Shown: one piece after another, positions 8,985 through 18,428 of the stretch
How positions within the stretch are numbered: the stretch's first letter is position 1
Layout of the letters: each line of letters starts with the position of its first letter
IMG/VR virus record: IMGVR_UViG_3300049009_000280
Span: 1 to 34,243 of that record
Length of the DNA stretch: 34,243 nucleotides
Reading direction: 5' to 3' (one strand)
Source: a virus
Taxonomy: Duplodnaviria; Caudoviricetes
Made by a program: the position numbers and the translations under genes
Notes under the pieces: generated by a model
Told to the model about the DNA's origin: nothing
Database searches by the model: none
What the model saw: the letters and a program-made list of their open reading frames with translations, nothing else

Positions 8985-10570
8985 GGGTTACCTTGAGCAT
9001 CTTCGTACTTGAACACAGCCCCGACAGTCGTGGCAACGTAGGTATTGCTGCCGGCGGTGTTGTAGCTTGCTGAACTGCTGCGCACCTTGAAACCGTTTGC
9101 CAACTTGTCGGCCTGGGTTCCGAAGGTCACTGCGTTGCCGTTGATGGTCATCGCCGTGGGGGTGCCGTTCAAGTACACCATTGGCCCGTCTGTGCTGGCG
9201 TTGCCGGTGAACGTGCCGCTGGTGGTGACCGTGCCTGCTGCGATGTTGAACGTGTTGAGGGGGAGGAAACCGCTGGGCGGGGTGTAGGCGAAGGGTTGCT
9301 GGCCGAAGTTGATAGGTGCAATCCCCCCAGTTCCGTAACAAGATAAGCCCAAGAACCAAGTGCCAGAAGGCAAACTAGAAAATGCTACGCCTTGGCTTGC
9401 GTTGTCTTTGTAAAAAGTAAGCGTTCCAGCGGTAGCATCAAAAGCAACACCGATTAAACCGCCAGATGTAAATGCGGCTCCGTAGGCAGTACCGACGTTG
9501 TTGTTATACTTATTACCGCCATCGTAATAACCGTAGCCATTTGCATCAAAGCCTATCATGCTTGATGGGGCGGAATTTTGTGTAATCCCAACCATGTAAC
9601 CGTATGACCCAGACCCGCCTGAAGTAGTTACCTCAAAATACCACTTGCCAGAAGTAACACCAATTGTTGAAAACCGTGTACCCCATGTTCCGCTTGGGCC
9701 TGTCAAAGTCAAGTTACCGTTGGACAACGTTCCCCCACCATTTGCCAACGGATTCAACACAGCATAGTTCGCCACCGTCTCCGAGGTCAGTGTCGGCACA
9801 TCAGTCAGTGAGTCGTATGTAGACCCGGCAGTGAGGCTGATGTTGTTCGGTGTCCAGTTGTTGGCGTTGCCGCTGGAGTCTGCTACCAGGGTTGATGTGG
9901 TAGAGGTGTTCGTGAACGGCAAATAGAACCCATTGGTCCCGTATGTCCCGGCGTACTTGATGGGTAACCATTGGTTGTAGATGCTGGATGCACCGAAGGC
10001 TGTGGGGGCTAGGGCTTGACCGTCTACGAAGTTGACTTCGGCTAGTTCACAGTCAGTAGGATAAAAAGTAGCGCCAATACGTCCTGATGCAAGGTAATGG
10101 TCATTACCTGCACTGTTTATGTACTCAACTTGACTGGGGGTTAAATCAGTCCCAGTAAGTGTTTGGCGAGTACCATTGACGTACAAAATAAATCTATCGC
10201 CAGCAGTTGCATTTGCGCTATCGTAAACACAAATAATGTGATACCAAGCTGCTGGGTCACGGAATACTGCGGTTGTTGATAACCCACCTACCGCTGGGTT
10301 AAAAAATATAGTATCGTTTGAATTAAGTACTAGAGCCGTTCTGACTGATGCTGAAACATATCCTTGAAGCAAGTTGGTAGCAACACTTAACGTTCCACGT
10401 TTGACCCAAGCACTCCATGTCCATTTAAGGTTATTGGTAGGAGTCCCAAACGTCCTGTTCAAATACGCACTCGCACTAGACCGGAAGCGCAGGGATTTGT
10501 TTACGCTGTAGCCGCCACCCCCAAGGGTGATAGGAAATCTGGAACCATGCCGAGAATGATTCCGGATCAT
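8981..10570 (-). CDS. LamG (concanavalin A-like) plus SPRY/B30.2 domain virion-associated protein
   Basis: 529 aa; [10 protein letters not shown]...[11 protein letters not shown]...LYVNG (LamG); LSNGNL...SGKWYFEV...[14 protein letters not shown]...INFGQ (SPRY). Confidence 0.85.
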   Translation of the reverse strand: MIRNHSRHGSRFPITLGGGGYSVNKSLRFRSSASAYLNRTFGTPTNNLKWTWSAWVKRGTLSVATNLLQGYVSASVRTALVLNSNDTIFFNPAVGGLSTTAVFRDPAAWYHIICVYDSANATAGDRFILYVNGTRQTLTGTDLTPSQVEYINSAGNDHYLASGRIGATFYPTDCELAEVNFVDGQALAPTAFGASSIYNQWLPIKYAGTYGTNGFYLPFTNTSTTSTLVADSSGNANNWTPNNISLTAGSTYDSLTDVPTLTSETVANYAVLNPLANGGGTLSNGNLTLTGPSGTWGTRFSTIGVTSGKWYFEVTTSGGSGSYGYMVGITQNSAPSSMIGFDANGYGYYDGGNKYNNNVGTAYGAAFTSGGLIGVAFDATAGTLTFYKDNASQGVAFSSLPSGTWFLGLSCYGTGGIAPINFGQQPFAYTPPSGFLPLNTFNIAAGTVTTSGTFTGNASTDGPMVYLNGTPTAMTINGNAVTFGTQADKLANGFKVRSSSASYNTAGSNTYVATTVGAVFKYEDAQGNP

Positions 10571-10571
10571 G

Positions 10572-10898
10572 TTACAGACCCTCGCCTGGGGTGATCTCGA
10601 AAGCCGCCGCTATGTCGGCCTTGAAGAAGCCATTCGGCGGCAGGTTGCCGAAGACCTCAACCGTCCCCGGCGTGATGCCGAGGGTGTAGGCGCTGGGTGA
10701 TGCGCCAGGCGCCGTGACCGTGATCGTCGGTGCGGCGTTGGCCGCGCCAGCCGGAGCCCAGGACAGGTATTGCGTGGTGGCGAGCAGCGAGCGAACGCGG
10801 TAGCTGGTGGAGCCGTTGTTGTTCGTCGAAAGCACTTGCACAGCTGAGGTGCCGACGAGGTACGTTGGGCCGAACGGTGCAAATGCGCTGTTGTTCAT
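10572..10898 (-). CDS. Hypothetical virion protein (108 aa)
   Basis: Beta-rich composition ending ITPGEGL; within the structural operon. Confidence 0.7.
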   Translation of the reverse strand: MNNSAFAPFGPTYLVGTSAVQVLSTNNNGSTSYRVRSLLATTQYLSWAPAGAANAAPTITVTAPGASPSAYTLGITPGTVEVFGNLPPNGFFKADIAAAFEITPGEGL

Positions 10899-10925
10899 GT
10901 TGCAAATTCCAAGAATTAGATGGAC

Positions 10926-10954
10926 AAAAAGCCGTCCCTTATGAGGACGGCTTT
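10926..10954 (-). terminator. Rho-independent terminator after the coat/decoration genes
   Basis: Minus strand AAAGCCGTCC-TCATAAG-GGACGGC-TTTTT: perfect 7-bp GC-rich stem followed by a U5 tail. Confidence 0.8.
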
Positions 10955-10977
10955 CATTGTGCCTGAGCCGTCGCCGT

Positions 10978-11406
10978 TTAGGGCAGGAAGGTCAAGTCGA
11001 TACCATAGACCAGCAAATCCATTGTTGCAGCGGCACCTTGCGCGGTGGCGATGTTCCAATAGATCGTTTGGCTGGTGTTCTGCGCCGCGCCGGCTGCCAG
11101 AACGGTACGCTGCGAGGCCACTGTCGGGCCGGTAAGGGCTGACAATGCTGCGCTAGTCACCAGTGGCGTGCCACCAGCCGCAGGGCCGGTAAACAGACCG
11201 CCAGCCGCCGTGGTCAGCGAGATGCTGGCGTTGGTGGCAATGACGTACAGGATGATGTAGCTGCTGGTGTTGAGGATCGGGATCGCCGTGTCACCAGTAG
11301 CGTTGCAGTTGATGCTCTGAGCGCTGCCCAGCAGGCGTAGAGCCTGGTTGGAGCTCAGAACTTGCGGGTGGGTCTGGGTGCTTGATGCGGGTCCGGGATT
11401 GGCCAT
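10978..11406 (-). CDS. Putative capsid decoration/accessory protein (142 aa)
   Basis: Immediately downstream of the coat gene, AAGGA SD, Ala/Thr-rich beta composition; function inferred from position. Confidence 0.6.
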   Translation of the reverse strand: MANPGPASSTQTHPQVLSSNQALRLLGSAQSINCNATGDTAIPILNTSSYIILYVIATNASISLTTAAGGLFTGPAAGGTPLVTSAALSALTGPTVASQRTVLAAGAAQNTSQTIYWNIATAQGAAATMDLLVYGIDLTFLP

Positions 11407-11421
11407 GATAATTTGTCCTTA

Positions 11422-11447
11422 AAGTTGGGGGCACTGTGGCCCCACTT
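11422..11447 (-). terminator. Hairpin (weak terminator or mRNA-stabilising stem) after the coat gene
   Basis: Minus strand GTGGGGC-CACAGT-GCCCCCAAC followed by TTTAA. Confidence 0.45.
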
Positions 11448-11453
11448 GATTGA

Positions 11454-12701
11454 TTACGCGGCAACCCGGCAAGCAAGCTCGGGGTACAACGGAGCCCAGC
11501 CGTACAACACATCAAGACGAGTCGGGATCGAATCGTTGTTGATAGTGTACTGCCGCACCACGCGGATCGAAAGACCCAACTGCTTGTCACTTGCGCGACC
11601 AGCGAAATGGACCCCATCAGGTAGCTCGAGATCAGCGCAAGCCATCGTAAACGCATTTTTGTGCATTACGATGTTCTGCGGCGAGACGATGCCGGTGTTG
11701 TTGAAAGGCGTGACGGTCGAAGCGCCTGGCGAGGTAATGCTGACGTTCTGGAACTGGCCCGCCGAGATGACCGCCGGGGAGACGATCACCGAGGTGGTGC
11801 CAGAGGTTGCAACGGTGACGTCGGCCTGGACCACAAAGTTGCGCAGCTTGTTGGAGCCGTAAGCCTGGCGATTCTGGGGGTTTACCGCGTAAACGTTGGC
11901 TATCTGGATCACGTCGCCTTGCTTCAGGCTGGCCACTGCCGTTGCGCAAGAAAGCGCGATGGTGGAGGTCGAAGCCCAGCCAGTGGTCAGGAAACCAGTT
12001 GCAGTAGCGGTCTGGCAGCTGAACGCCGTGGTGGTGGCGTAGGAGCCGAACGTTTGGTTCACAACGTTCTGATCCATCTTCCAGTCCATGCCGGCAGAGT
12101 CGGTGCCCATCAAGCCCTTCTGAAACTGGCGGCTGATGGTGGCGTTGGGCACAAACAAGCCCTTCAAGCCATCAACAATCGTTGCGCTGGTAAACGGCTC
12201 AATGATGCAAGAGCGTTGACCGTCGCGGGGTGCGCCTTCAGCATCCAAATACGCGCCAGCGTTCAAAAACGTCAGCAGGCTGCTCGGCGGAACGCCGGCA
12301 GTGCCGACGATGTTGGCGGTGTTGTTCTTCGCCATGATGAGGCCATCGCGGTCAATCTTGTTGGCGATCGCTGCAATTGCGGGCTTCAGAACGCGGTCGC
12401 TGAACATATCCAACGACAGGGCCAAATCTTGCGTCGAGAACTGCGTGTCAACGTGGAACTGGGTCGACAGCGTCACCGGCACGCTGGTTTCGTTGAAGTC
12501 TTCAACGTTCAGCGCTGGGCCGGTCGTACCAATGAAGCGACCCGGCCTGCGGACGTTCAAGGTGTTGCCGATCTTGGCGCCAACGACAGCGAACTGGTCG
12601 TCATAGTTGCGCTCAACTTCGCTGGTGAAGGTAAGTGAGTTTTCCAAGACCATCAACGCCTCGTTGGTGATCTTGCTGATGGTAAGCAGGGTATTAGCCA
12701 T
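11454..12701 (-). CDS. Major capsid protein (P22 coat family)
   Basis: 415 aa; MANTLLTISKITNEALMVLEN, KIGNTLNVRRP, RLDVLYGW..LYPELACRV; AAGGA SD. Confidence 0.93.
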   Translation of the reverse strand: MANTLLTISKITNEALMVLENSLTFTSEVERNYDDQFAVVGAKIGNTLNVRRPGRFIGTTGPALNVEDFNETSVPVTLSTQFHVDTQFSTQDLALSLDMFSDRVLKPAIAAIANKIDRDGLIMAKNNTANIVGTAGVPPSSLLTFLNAGAYLDAEGAPRDGQRSCIIEPFTSATIVDGLKGLFVPNATISRQFQKGLMGTDSAGMDWKMDQNVVNQTFGSYATTTAFSCQTATATGFLTTGWASTSTIALSCATAVASLKQGDVIQIANVYAVNPQNRQAYGSNKLRNFVVQADVTVATSGTTSVIVSPAVISAGQFQNVSITSPGASTVTPFNNTGIVSPQNIVMHKNAFTMACADLELPDGVHFAGRASDKQLGLSIRVVRQYTINNDSIPTRLDVLYGWAPLYPELACRVAA

Positions 12702-12720
12702 GATTCGTTATTCCTTAAAG

Positions 12721-13638
12721 TTATCGGATTTTGCCGGCCATTCTCGCGGCTCGCCAGGATTGGTAGTCGCCGTGAAATTCGCCGTTGCTGTCAATCTTTA
12801 CATCGGTGCCAGTCCCGCCGCCCCGGATGGGGTTGATGGGTGGTGGCGCCTTGGACTTGCCAACCGTAGAAAGCGGCTTGGTCTCGGCTTTCGCCTCGAA
12901 CCGTGCCTCTAGCTTGCCTATCTCTCGCAGAGCGCTTGCGGTGGACATTCCGGCCAACTTCGTTGCCAGGTCGGTGTGCTCGGCCAGGTGATACAGGATT
13001 TTCGGCCCCACATCGCTGTCGAGTATCGCGTCCCGCACCTGGTCGCTGACCTGTACGTCGCTTGATGCCACCATGTCATCGAAATCGGGCAGGTCCGCCT
13101 TAGCCGCCGACAGTCTGGTGTTCCAAGTCTCGATGACCTTGTCCCGATCGACTGCCGCCTTGCGCTCTGCGTCCTGCCTGTCTCGATTCCGTAGCGCCCG
13201 CTCAGTGGAGAATTCCGCCAGTGCTTTTGCGTACTCAAACGCATCGCTGAACTGACTGGGCTGGGGTTCCTCGGTGGCTGCTGCCGGCTCTGCCTGCGGC
13301 CTGCTGCGTCCCTCGAGCTCCCGAACCTTTGATTCCAAGACCTCCCTTGCTGCCCGCTCCCGCTCGGCGTCTTGCCGGGCTTCCTCGCGCTGCTTGGTCA
13401 GTGCCGTGAATCGCTTCTCCAGTTTATTGGGCTTGCTGCTTTCTTCTACTGCTGTCGCCTCTTTCTCTTCGCTGTCTTGCCCACTCTGCTCGTTGACTTC
13501 AGCCGGCTCTGCGGGAGTTTCCTCCGCAGCCGCAGCTGGCGCCTCGCGTGTAGCTAGGTTTAGACGTTGCGAGTTGAACTCGGCTAGATTTTCGCTGGTG
13601 ACCACGTTCGCAGCCAACCGCTCTTGCACTTCCGACAT
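12721..13638 (-). CDS. Scaffolding protein
   Basis: 305 aa acidic, coiled-coil (LEKRFTALTKQREEA), SKAPPPINPI, basic C-terminus; between portal and coat. Confidence 0.85.
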   Translation of the reverse strand: MSEVQERLAANVVTSENLAEFNSQRLNLATREAPAAAAEETPAEPAEVNEQSGQDSEEKEATAVEESSKPNKLEKRFTALTKQREEARQDAERERAAREVLESKVRELEGRSRPQAEPAAATEEPQPSQFSDAFEYAKALAEFSTERALRNRDRQDAERKAAVDRDKVIETWNTRLSAAKADLPDFDDMVASSDVQVSDQVRDAILDSDVGPKILYHLAEHTDLATKLAGMSTASALREIGKLEARFEAKAETKPLSTVGKSKAPPPINPIRGGGTGTDVKIDSNGEFHGDYQSWRAARMAGKIR

Positions 13639-13692
13639 GAGTTACCTCAAGGATTTTGCCCGGTGCGCCCGCCGGTAGGTTTTTGGATAGTA

Positions 13693-15807
13693 TCAGATTG
13701 CTCGTTCTATTGCCTCGGCGCTGCTGGTATGAAGCGTGCCTTGGTGCATTTCGGCGAGCAGCAAGGCCAGCTTGCCCTTGATGTTCTCAATCTGAAGCCG
13801 GGTATTGCTCTCGATGACGGTCTCGTTGGCGCGCCCGCTGATCTTCATCTCTTCGGTGTTGCGCTGCTCGGCGTTGCTGGCCTCGGTCTCGTGGGCCTTG
13901 GCCGTGACCTGCATCAGCGTGCGCTTGGTGGCGCCATCCTCGCGGATTTGCGCGACCTGGGCGCGGTTGTTGATCTCCAGCTGCATTGCTTGCATCTGCT
14001 GGGTCATTTGCTCAATCTGCGCCTTGCTCTGCGCAAGCTGCATCTGTACCTGTGGCGGGATCGGTGACTTCTTGTCAATCTGCGCCAGCGGGTTGCTTGC
14101 TGCCAGGCGATCGGCGATGACGTCGGCGCCGGGGAAGTCCATGTTGCGGAAGACCAGATCGCCAGCGAGCTTGAACAGCTCCGGGTTGCCGGCGAGCAGC
14201 GGCATCATGGAGTCGACCGCTTGCATCCGCTTGCTGATGTAGCCTGGCCCGCTGTCCATCACCACGTCGTACTCGCCCACCGTGACGTCGTTCAAGACCT
14301 TCTGGACGCCGTATTCGTCCTGGCCCTGCTCGTTGATGGTCACCATGTCCGGCTGGCCATCCTCGCCAATGATCCGCATCACGCGCTGGGTATCGTAAAT
14401 CTTGGGGATCAAGTCCAACAGAATCTTGCCGGTATGTTTGATGCTGCGCGTCAGGTTGTCGAAGTAGTGGAAGTTGCTTAGATCGACCTGTTGCTGCTGG
14501 CCGTTGAGCGCCTTGCCGCTGATGTTTCCGCTGGGCAACTGGTTTGGATCGGTGATGCCCAGCACCATCTGCAGGTCAGCATTGATTGCATCGGCGGCGC
14601 TCATCACGCCAACTGGCGGCGGCTCGGGCTGCAGGCGGGCCGGCTGCGGGGCAGGGCGACCGTCAATGTCTGTTTGCTTGTAGCGCAGGACTGGGCTTGA
14701 CTTGATGTTGGCCTGCGCCCACTCGTCCTCGTGGCCCTCGTCCTGGCCCTCTGCCAACAGCCATTTCGCCTTCGGCGCCAGCGCGATGCTCTCGGTCATC
14801 GATGTGCGCCAGAAGTTGTACATGCGCTGTGGGTCTTTGGCAAACCGCACCAAGCCGAACTTTTTGCGTTTGTCCTCAACGATGAGCTGCTGGCCGTAGA
14901 CCGGCACGACCGGAATGTACCGTCCTGGCCAATCCTTCTCCTCCAGCACCTCCATCGCAGTCAACTTGCACCACTTGACCACCTTGCGGAAGCTCGGACG
15001 CTCGTCCACAACGGTGATGCCCGCCAACGCCAGGAACTCGTCGCTGGGCAGCTCGTCCTTGTAGATTTTGGTGCCGTCCGAGAGCATCAGCAGCTTGGTC
15101 TTGACCCGCTCAATGTGGAAATACTCGGCGATCCGAATGTCTTCGGTCATCACCCAGTCGGCAGAATCGTCGCCCGTGCTGCGCTGGAGGAAATTGGCGC
15201 CATCGTCCGCGCCGGGGTACATCTCGCGGAAGACGGCCTTGGGCATCACGCTGGTAATCAGGCACTGCTCGGCGTCGGAGCCGTCCGGCAGCACGCTGTT
15301 GGGGTCGAAGTACACGCTGAATGGGTTGTCAACAGGCTGGATGTAGATTTCCTGGTCGAACGAGTCCTCGCGCACGTAATCCGTGACGATGCGCCAGTAG
15401 CCCCAGCCCATCCGCACGGCATAGTCGAAGGCGTTGTCGTACGCCGTGTCGGCGTTGCTGTTTTCCTCAATGTGCCGGGTGATGCCCTCAAGCGTCTGGG
15501 CGATCTTGGTGTCCGCCTGGGTGTTGGTCGGGTGAACTTTGATCCTGGGCCGCTGCTGGCGCTGCTGGTTCGTGACCTGGCGCACGTAGGCGTCAATCTT
15601 GTTGATGGTCAGGCAAGGCCTAGCGTCGAGGTTGCGGCTGTTCTGAATCTCCACCGGCCACTGGTCGCCGGCAGCGAACTTCAGGTCATCCAGCGCGTCG
15701 GCCCGGTTGCTGGAGTCGGAGTCGCCCGCCAGGCGCAGGAACTTGATCGCCGCGTCAATGCGCTTGTCTGAGCTCAGATCGTTGTCAGAGTAGTAGGCCA
15801 TGTTCAT
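13693..15807 (-). CDS. Portal protein (P22-like)
   Basis: 704 aa; DLKFAAGDQW, RPCLTINKI, GLVRFAKDPQRMYN, SGKAL, Gln-rich C-terminal barrel; ATGA overlap with the terminase stop. Confidence 0.95.
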   Translation of the reverse strand: MNMAYYSDNDLSSDKRIDAAIKFLRLAGDSDSSNRADALDDLKFAAGDQWPVEIQNSRNLDARPCLTINKIDAYVRQVTNQQRQQRPRIKVHPTNTQADTKIAQTLEGITRHIEENSNADTAYDNAFDYAVRMGWGYWRIVTDYVREDSFDQEIYIQPVDNPFSVYFDPNSVLPDGSDAEQCLITSVMPKAVFREMYPGADDGANFLQRSTGDDSADWVMTEDIRIAEYFHIERVKTKLLMLSDGTKIYKDELPSDEFLALAGITVVDERPSFRKVVKWCKLTAMEVLEEKDWPGRYIPVVPVYGQQLIVEDKRKKFGLVRFAKDPQRMYNFWRTSMTESIALAPKAKWLLAEGQDEGHEDEWAQANIKSSPVLRYKQTDIDGRPAPQPARLQPEPPPVGVMSAADAINADLQMVLGITDPNQLPSGNISGKALNGQQQQVDLSNFHYFDNLTRSIKHTGKILLDLIPKIYDTQRVMRIIGEDGQPDMVTINEQGQDEYGVQKVLNDVTVGEYDVVMDSGPGYISKRMQAVDSMMPLLAGNPELFKLAGDLVFRNMDFPGADVIADRLAASNPLAQIDKKSPIPPQVQMQLAQSKAQIEQMTQQMQAMQLEINNRAQVAQIREDGATKRTLMQVTAKAHETEASNAEQRNTEEMKISGRANETVIESNTRLQIENIKGKLALLLAEMHQGTLHTSSAEAIERAI

Positions 15808-17081
15808 CCCATCCAGTTCGCCGGCAACGAAAAGGTTGCCTTCTTCTTAGCCTTGCGCGGCTCGTTGACCATGAGGCCAATGTAGCGGAATGCATCCGCG
15901 CCGTGGCTGTAGTGATCGTGCAGCGGCTGCTTGCTGAATCCGCCAGTCTCGGGGTCTACATCATATCTGTAGTGGCGCAAGCACGAAATCCCATCCGCCG
16001 CATTCTCTCGGTCGAACCAGCATCCCGGAAAGATCGTGCGGGCTGCGTTGATCGAGTCGGGTATCGGTACGCGGGGAATAATGCTGACTTTATAGCCCGC
16101 CGAGCGAACAATGTCCTCGATGCTGCGGCCCGCTGCGGCGAGGGTTTGGTTTTGGGCGTCATGAGGTAGCCAGAGGGTGTCGTAGACGTAGCCGAATTTC
16201 TGCATCTCGGACATGTAGTGGCTGATGGTGCGCTGGCTGTCCTCAAGGTAACGGATAAGCCGGGTCTCCATGCCGATGAACTGCAAGAACCAGATTGCCG
16301 TGGAGTCAGACCAGCCGAGGTCAAACACCGCGTGGACGGGTTTGCTGGGATCGTAGTTGACGGTCGTAATCCGGCCCTGGAGCTCTGCCATCTGCATCTC
16401 GCGGGCAAAGATGGCACCGTCCACCGTCTGGCGGCAAATGCCCTCCCAGACCGTGTTGTAGGACTCAATGTCACGTTCCTTGAGTGCGTCCTTCTCCAGC
16501 CGCAGGGTCTCGGGGAACCAAGGATTGTCGGACCAGTTGACCTTGCGCACCACGCAATCGGCTGGCGGCTTGAGCACGAAGCGTTGATAGGTCTCGTCGG
16601 TCTCGAGCTCCGGGTTGAAGCTGACCCATATGCTGCTGCCGGCCTTGCGGATGGTCGGTATCAGGACATTCCACGACAATCTGGAAACGCTCTGCGCTTC
16701 CTCGCACCAGCAAATATCCACTCCCTCGAAAGATTTGATATTGCTGATGTTGTTGCGCAGGCCGGCGAAGGCAAATTCAGTGCCGTTCTTGCCCCGGATC
16801 GTGGCTTGGGTGATCTCATAGAACCCAAGCAAACCCAGCGCCTCGATCTGGTCGCAGAGCAGCTTGTGGACCGAATCCTTGATGCTGGTCTGGAACTCGC
16901 GAGCGCACAAAATGCGCAGCGGCGACTTGGCGCCAAGGATAAGCAAGGCTCGGGCAATGCCCCAAGACTTAGCGCCGCCGCGCCCGCCGTAGAGTACTTT
17001 GTAGCGGGACGGCTCGAAAAGGCAGGCGAGCTTTTCGGGGAACTCGGCCAGGCTGATGGCCTTGTTAAGTGCTTGGCTCAT
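15804..17081 (-). CDS. terL: Terminase large subunit (PBSX/XtmB-type)
   Basis: YGGRGGAKS Walker A, CAREFQTSIKDSV, WCEEAQ Walker B, FDLG..D and SHGADAFRY nuclease motifs. Confidence 0.96.
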   Translation of the reverse strand: MSQALNKAISLAEFPEKLACLFEPSRYKVLYGGRGGAKSWGIARALLILGAKSPLRILCAREFQTSIKDSVHKLLCDQIEALGLLGFYEITQATIRGKNGTEFAFAGLRNNISNIKSFEGVDICWCEEAQSVSRLSWNVLIPTIRKAGSSIWVSFNPELETDETYQRFVLKPPADCVVRKVNWSDNPWFPETLRLEKDALKERDIESYNTVWEGICRQTVDGAIFAREMQMAELQGRITTVNYDPSKPVHAVFDLGWSDSTAIWFLQFIGMETRLIRYLEDSQRTISHYMSEMQKFGYVYDTLWLPHDAQNQTLAAAGRSIEDIVRSAGYKVSIIPRVPIPDSINAARTIFPGCWFDRENAADGISCLRHYRYDVDPETGGFSKQPLHDHYSHGADAFRYIGLMVNEPRKAKKKATFSLPANWMG

Positions 17082-17409
17082 TGGCCTTCACGAACGAAAC
17101 CATTATTCCCTCGATGGGCGTGCCATCCGGGTTTGCCAACTTGGTGGTATTCGTCTCACCCCAAGCCATCTGCGCCTTCGTCCACCAGATCATGGCTGTG
17201 GTATCGCCCGCCATCGCCTTATTGAACAGCGTCTTGGCAATACTGGCGCTGGCCGTGGCTTTCCCAAGCGCCAGCTCAACGTCATAGTACTTGCGCAGGG
17301 TCACATCGCTGATGCCCAGCAGAGCGCCAATCTGTTCGTGCGGAAGCCCCAGGCCTGCTGCTGACTGGGCTTGGGAGCGGGTTTTTTCGGTGGGTTCGTG
17401 GGGGATCAT
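17065..17409 (-). CDS. terS: Terminase small subunit
   Basis: 114 aa; N-terminal HTH (EQIGALLGISDVTLRKYY), GDTTAMIWWTK; overlaps the terL start. Confidence 0.85.
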   Translation of the reverse strand: MIPHEPTEKTRSQAQSAAGLGLPHEQIGALLGISDVTLRKYYDVELALGKATASASIAKTLFNKAMAGDTTAMIWWTKAQMAWGETNTTKLANPDGTPIEGIMVSFVKANEPST

Positions 17410-17450
17410 CTTTTATTGAGGCAAAGTGTCAGCCAAACGCTGCTCAATCC

Positions 17451-17603
17451 TCATTTCTTCTTAACCGTCTTAGCAGCTTCCTTGAACGCCTTGGCCGTAG
17501 GCGCACCAACAGCGCCAGGTTTGCGCATCTTCTCCTTGCCGCCTTCGGCAATGCGCTCTTGTTTGGCTCGGATGTTTGAGTAGAGGCCGGGTTTCATTGC
17601 CAT
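17451..17603 (-). CDS. Small basic protein (50 aa)
   Basis: MAMKPGLYSNIRAKQERI...KAFKEAAKTVKKK; start reassigned to ATG 17603, just after the upstream stop. Confidence 0.75.
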   Translation of the reverse strand: MAMKPGLYSNIRAKQERIAEGGKEKMRKPGAVGAPTAKAFKEAAKTVKKK

Positions 17604-17604
17604 G

Positions 17605-17745
17605 TTATTTGCGCGGTTTAGCCGCAAGGCGGCGCTGGGTGGAGTACGCAATCGCAACTGCCTGTTTGACCGGCTTGCCGGCCTTCACCTCAGCCTTGAC
17701 GTTCTTGGTGAAGGCCTTGGGGCTTGCTGACTTCATGAGTGGCAT
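17605..17745 (-). CDS. Small basic protein (46 aa)
   Basis: MPLMKSASPKAFTKNVKAEVKAGKPVKQAVAIAYS; start reassigned to ATG 17745. Confidence 0.75.
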   Translation of the reverse strand: MPLMKSASPKAFTKNVKAEVKAGKPVKQAVAIAYSTQRRLAAKPRK

Positions 17746-17746
17746 A

Positions 17747-18151
17747 TCAAGTCGCGTGAATGATTGCAAAATTGATGACCACCGCCTCAAGCAGCGGGCC
17801 GGCGGTGATGTTGCGCAGCGTGATCGTCGCCGAGCCGGCCAACATGCTGGAGACCCAAGCGTTGTAAGCGCCGGCAGTAGCGTTGGCGCTAGCCACGTTG
17901 ACGATGATGACGTCCTTGCCCGACAGCAGGCTGTTGGTCAGCGTGAAGGTCACGTTGGTAGCCGCCGCCAGCGAAGCGCCGTTCATCGTGATCTGCCCAG
18001 CGCTGGTGTTGGCTGTCACGCCGGTGGACTTGCTCGAAAGCTGCGTGACGGCGGTCTGCGCCAGTGCGCTGTAGCCAATTTCCGCCGTGGCGTAGACAGT
18101 CGAGAACTCAGGGTCGTTGTAAGCAACGCCAGTAGCAATAGAATTGGACAT
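17747..18151 (-). CDS. Hypothetical, probably virion protein (134 aa)
   Basis: AAGGA SD; AVTQLSSKSTGVT...GQITMNGASLAA beta-rich sequence. Confidence 0.75.
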   Translation of the reverse strand: MSNSIATGVAYNDPEFSTVYATAEIGYSALAQTAVTQLSSKSTGVTANTSAGQITMNGASLAAATNVTFTLTNSLLSGKDVIIVNVASANATAGAYNAWVSSMLAGSATITLRNITAGPLLEAVVINFAIIHAT

Positions 18152-18163
18152 GGTTATATTCCT

Positions 18164-18424
18164 TTAATTAAATTCAACAATAGCACAAATATCAGCTTCT
18201 TGAATAATCTGATAATCCTGGCCGTCCACCTTATGCGTCGGCCATTTCAAATAATCGCCATTACCATACTTCACAAAATCCCCCACTTGCACGTCCAGCG
18301 CAAGCGGCCCGACCGCCACCACCGTCCCTTCGTTGAACGGCTCTTTATTGTTGGTAATAATAATATTAGATAGTTGCCGAGTATTAGGCTTAATAACTAC
18401 CTTATCATGAAGCGGTTGCAGCAT
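18164..18424 (-). CDS. groES: Co-chaperonin GroES-like
   Basis: LQPLHDKVVIK...GTVVAVG...DVQVGDFV...IIQEADICAIVE matches the GroES signature. Confidence 0.92.
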   Translation of the reverse strand: MLQPLHDKVVIKPNTRQLSNIIITNNKEPFNEGTVVAVGPLALDVQVGDFVKYGNGDYLKWPTHKVDGQDYQIIQEADICAIVEFN

Positions 18425-18428
18425 GTAT

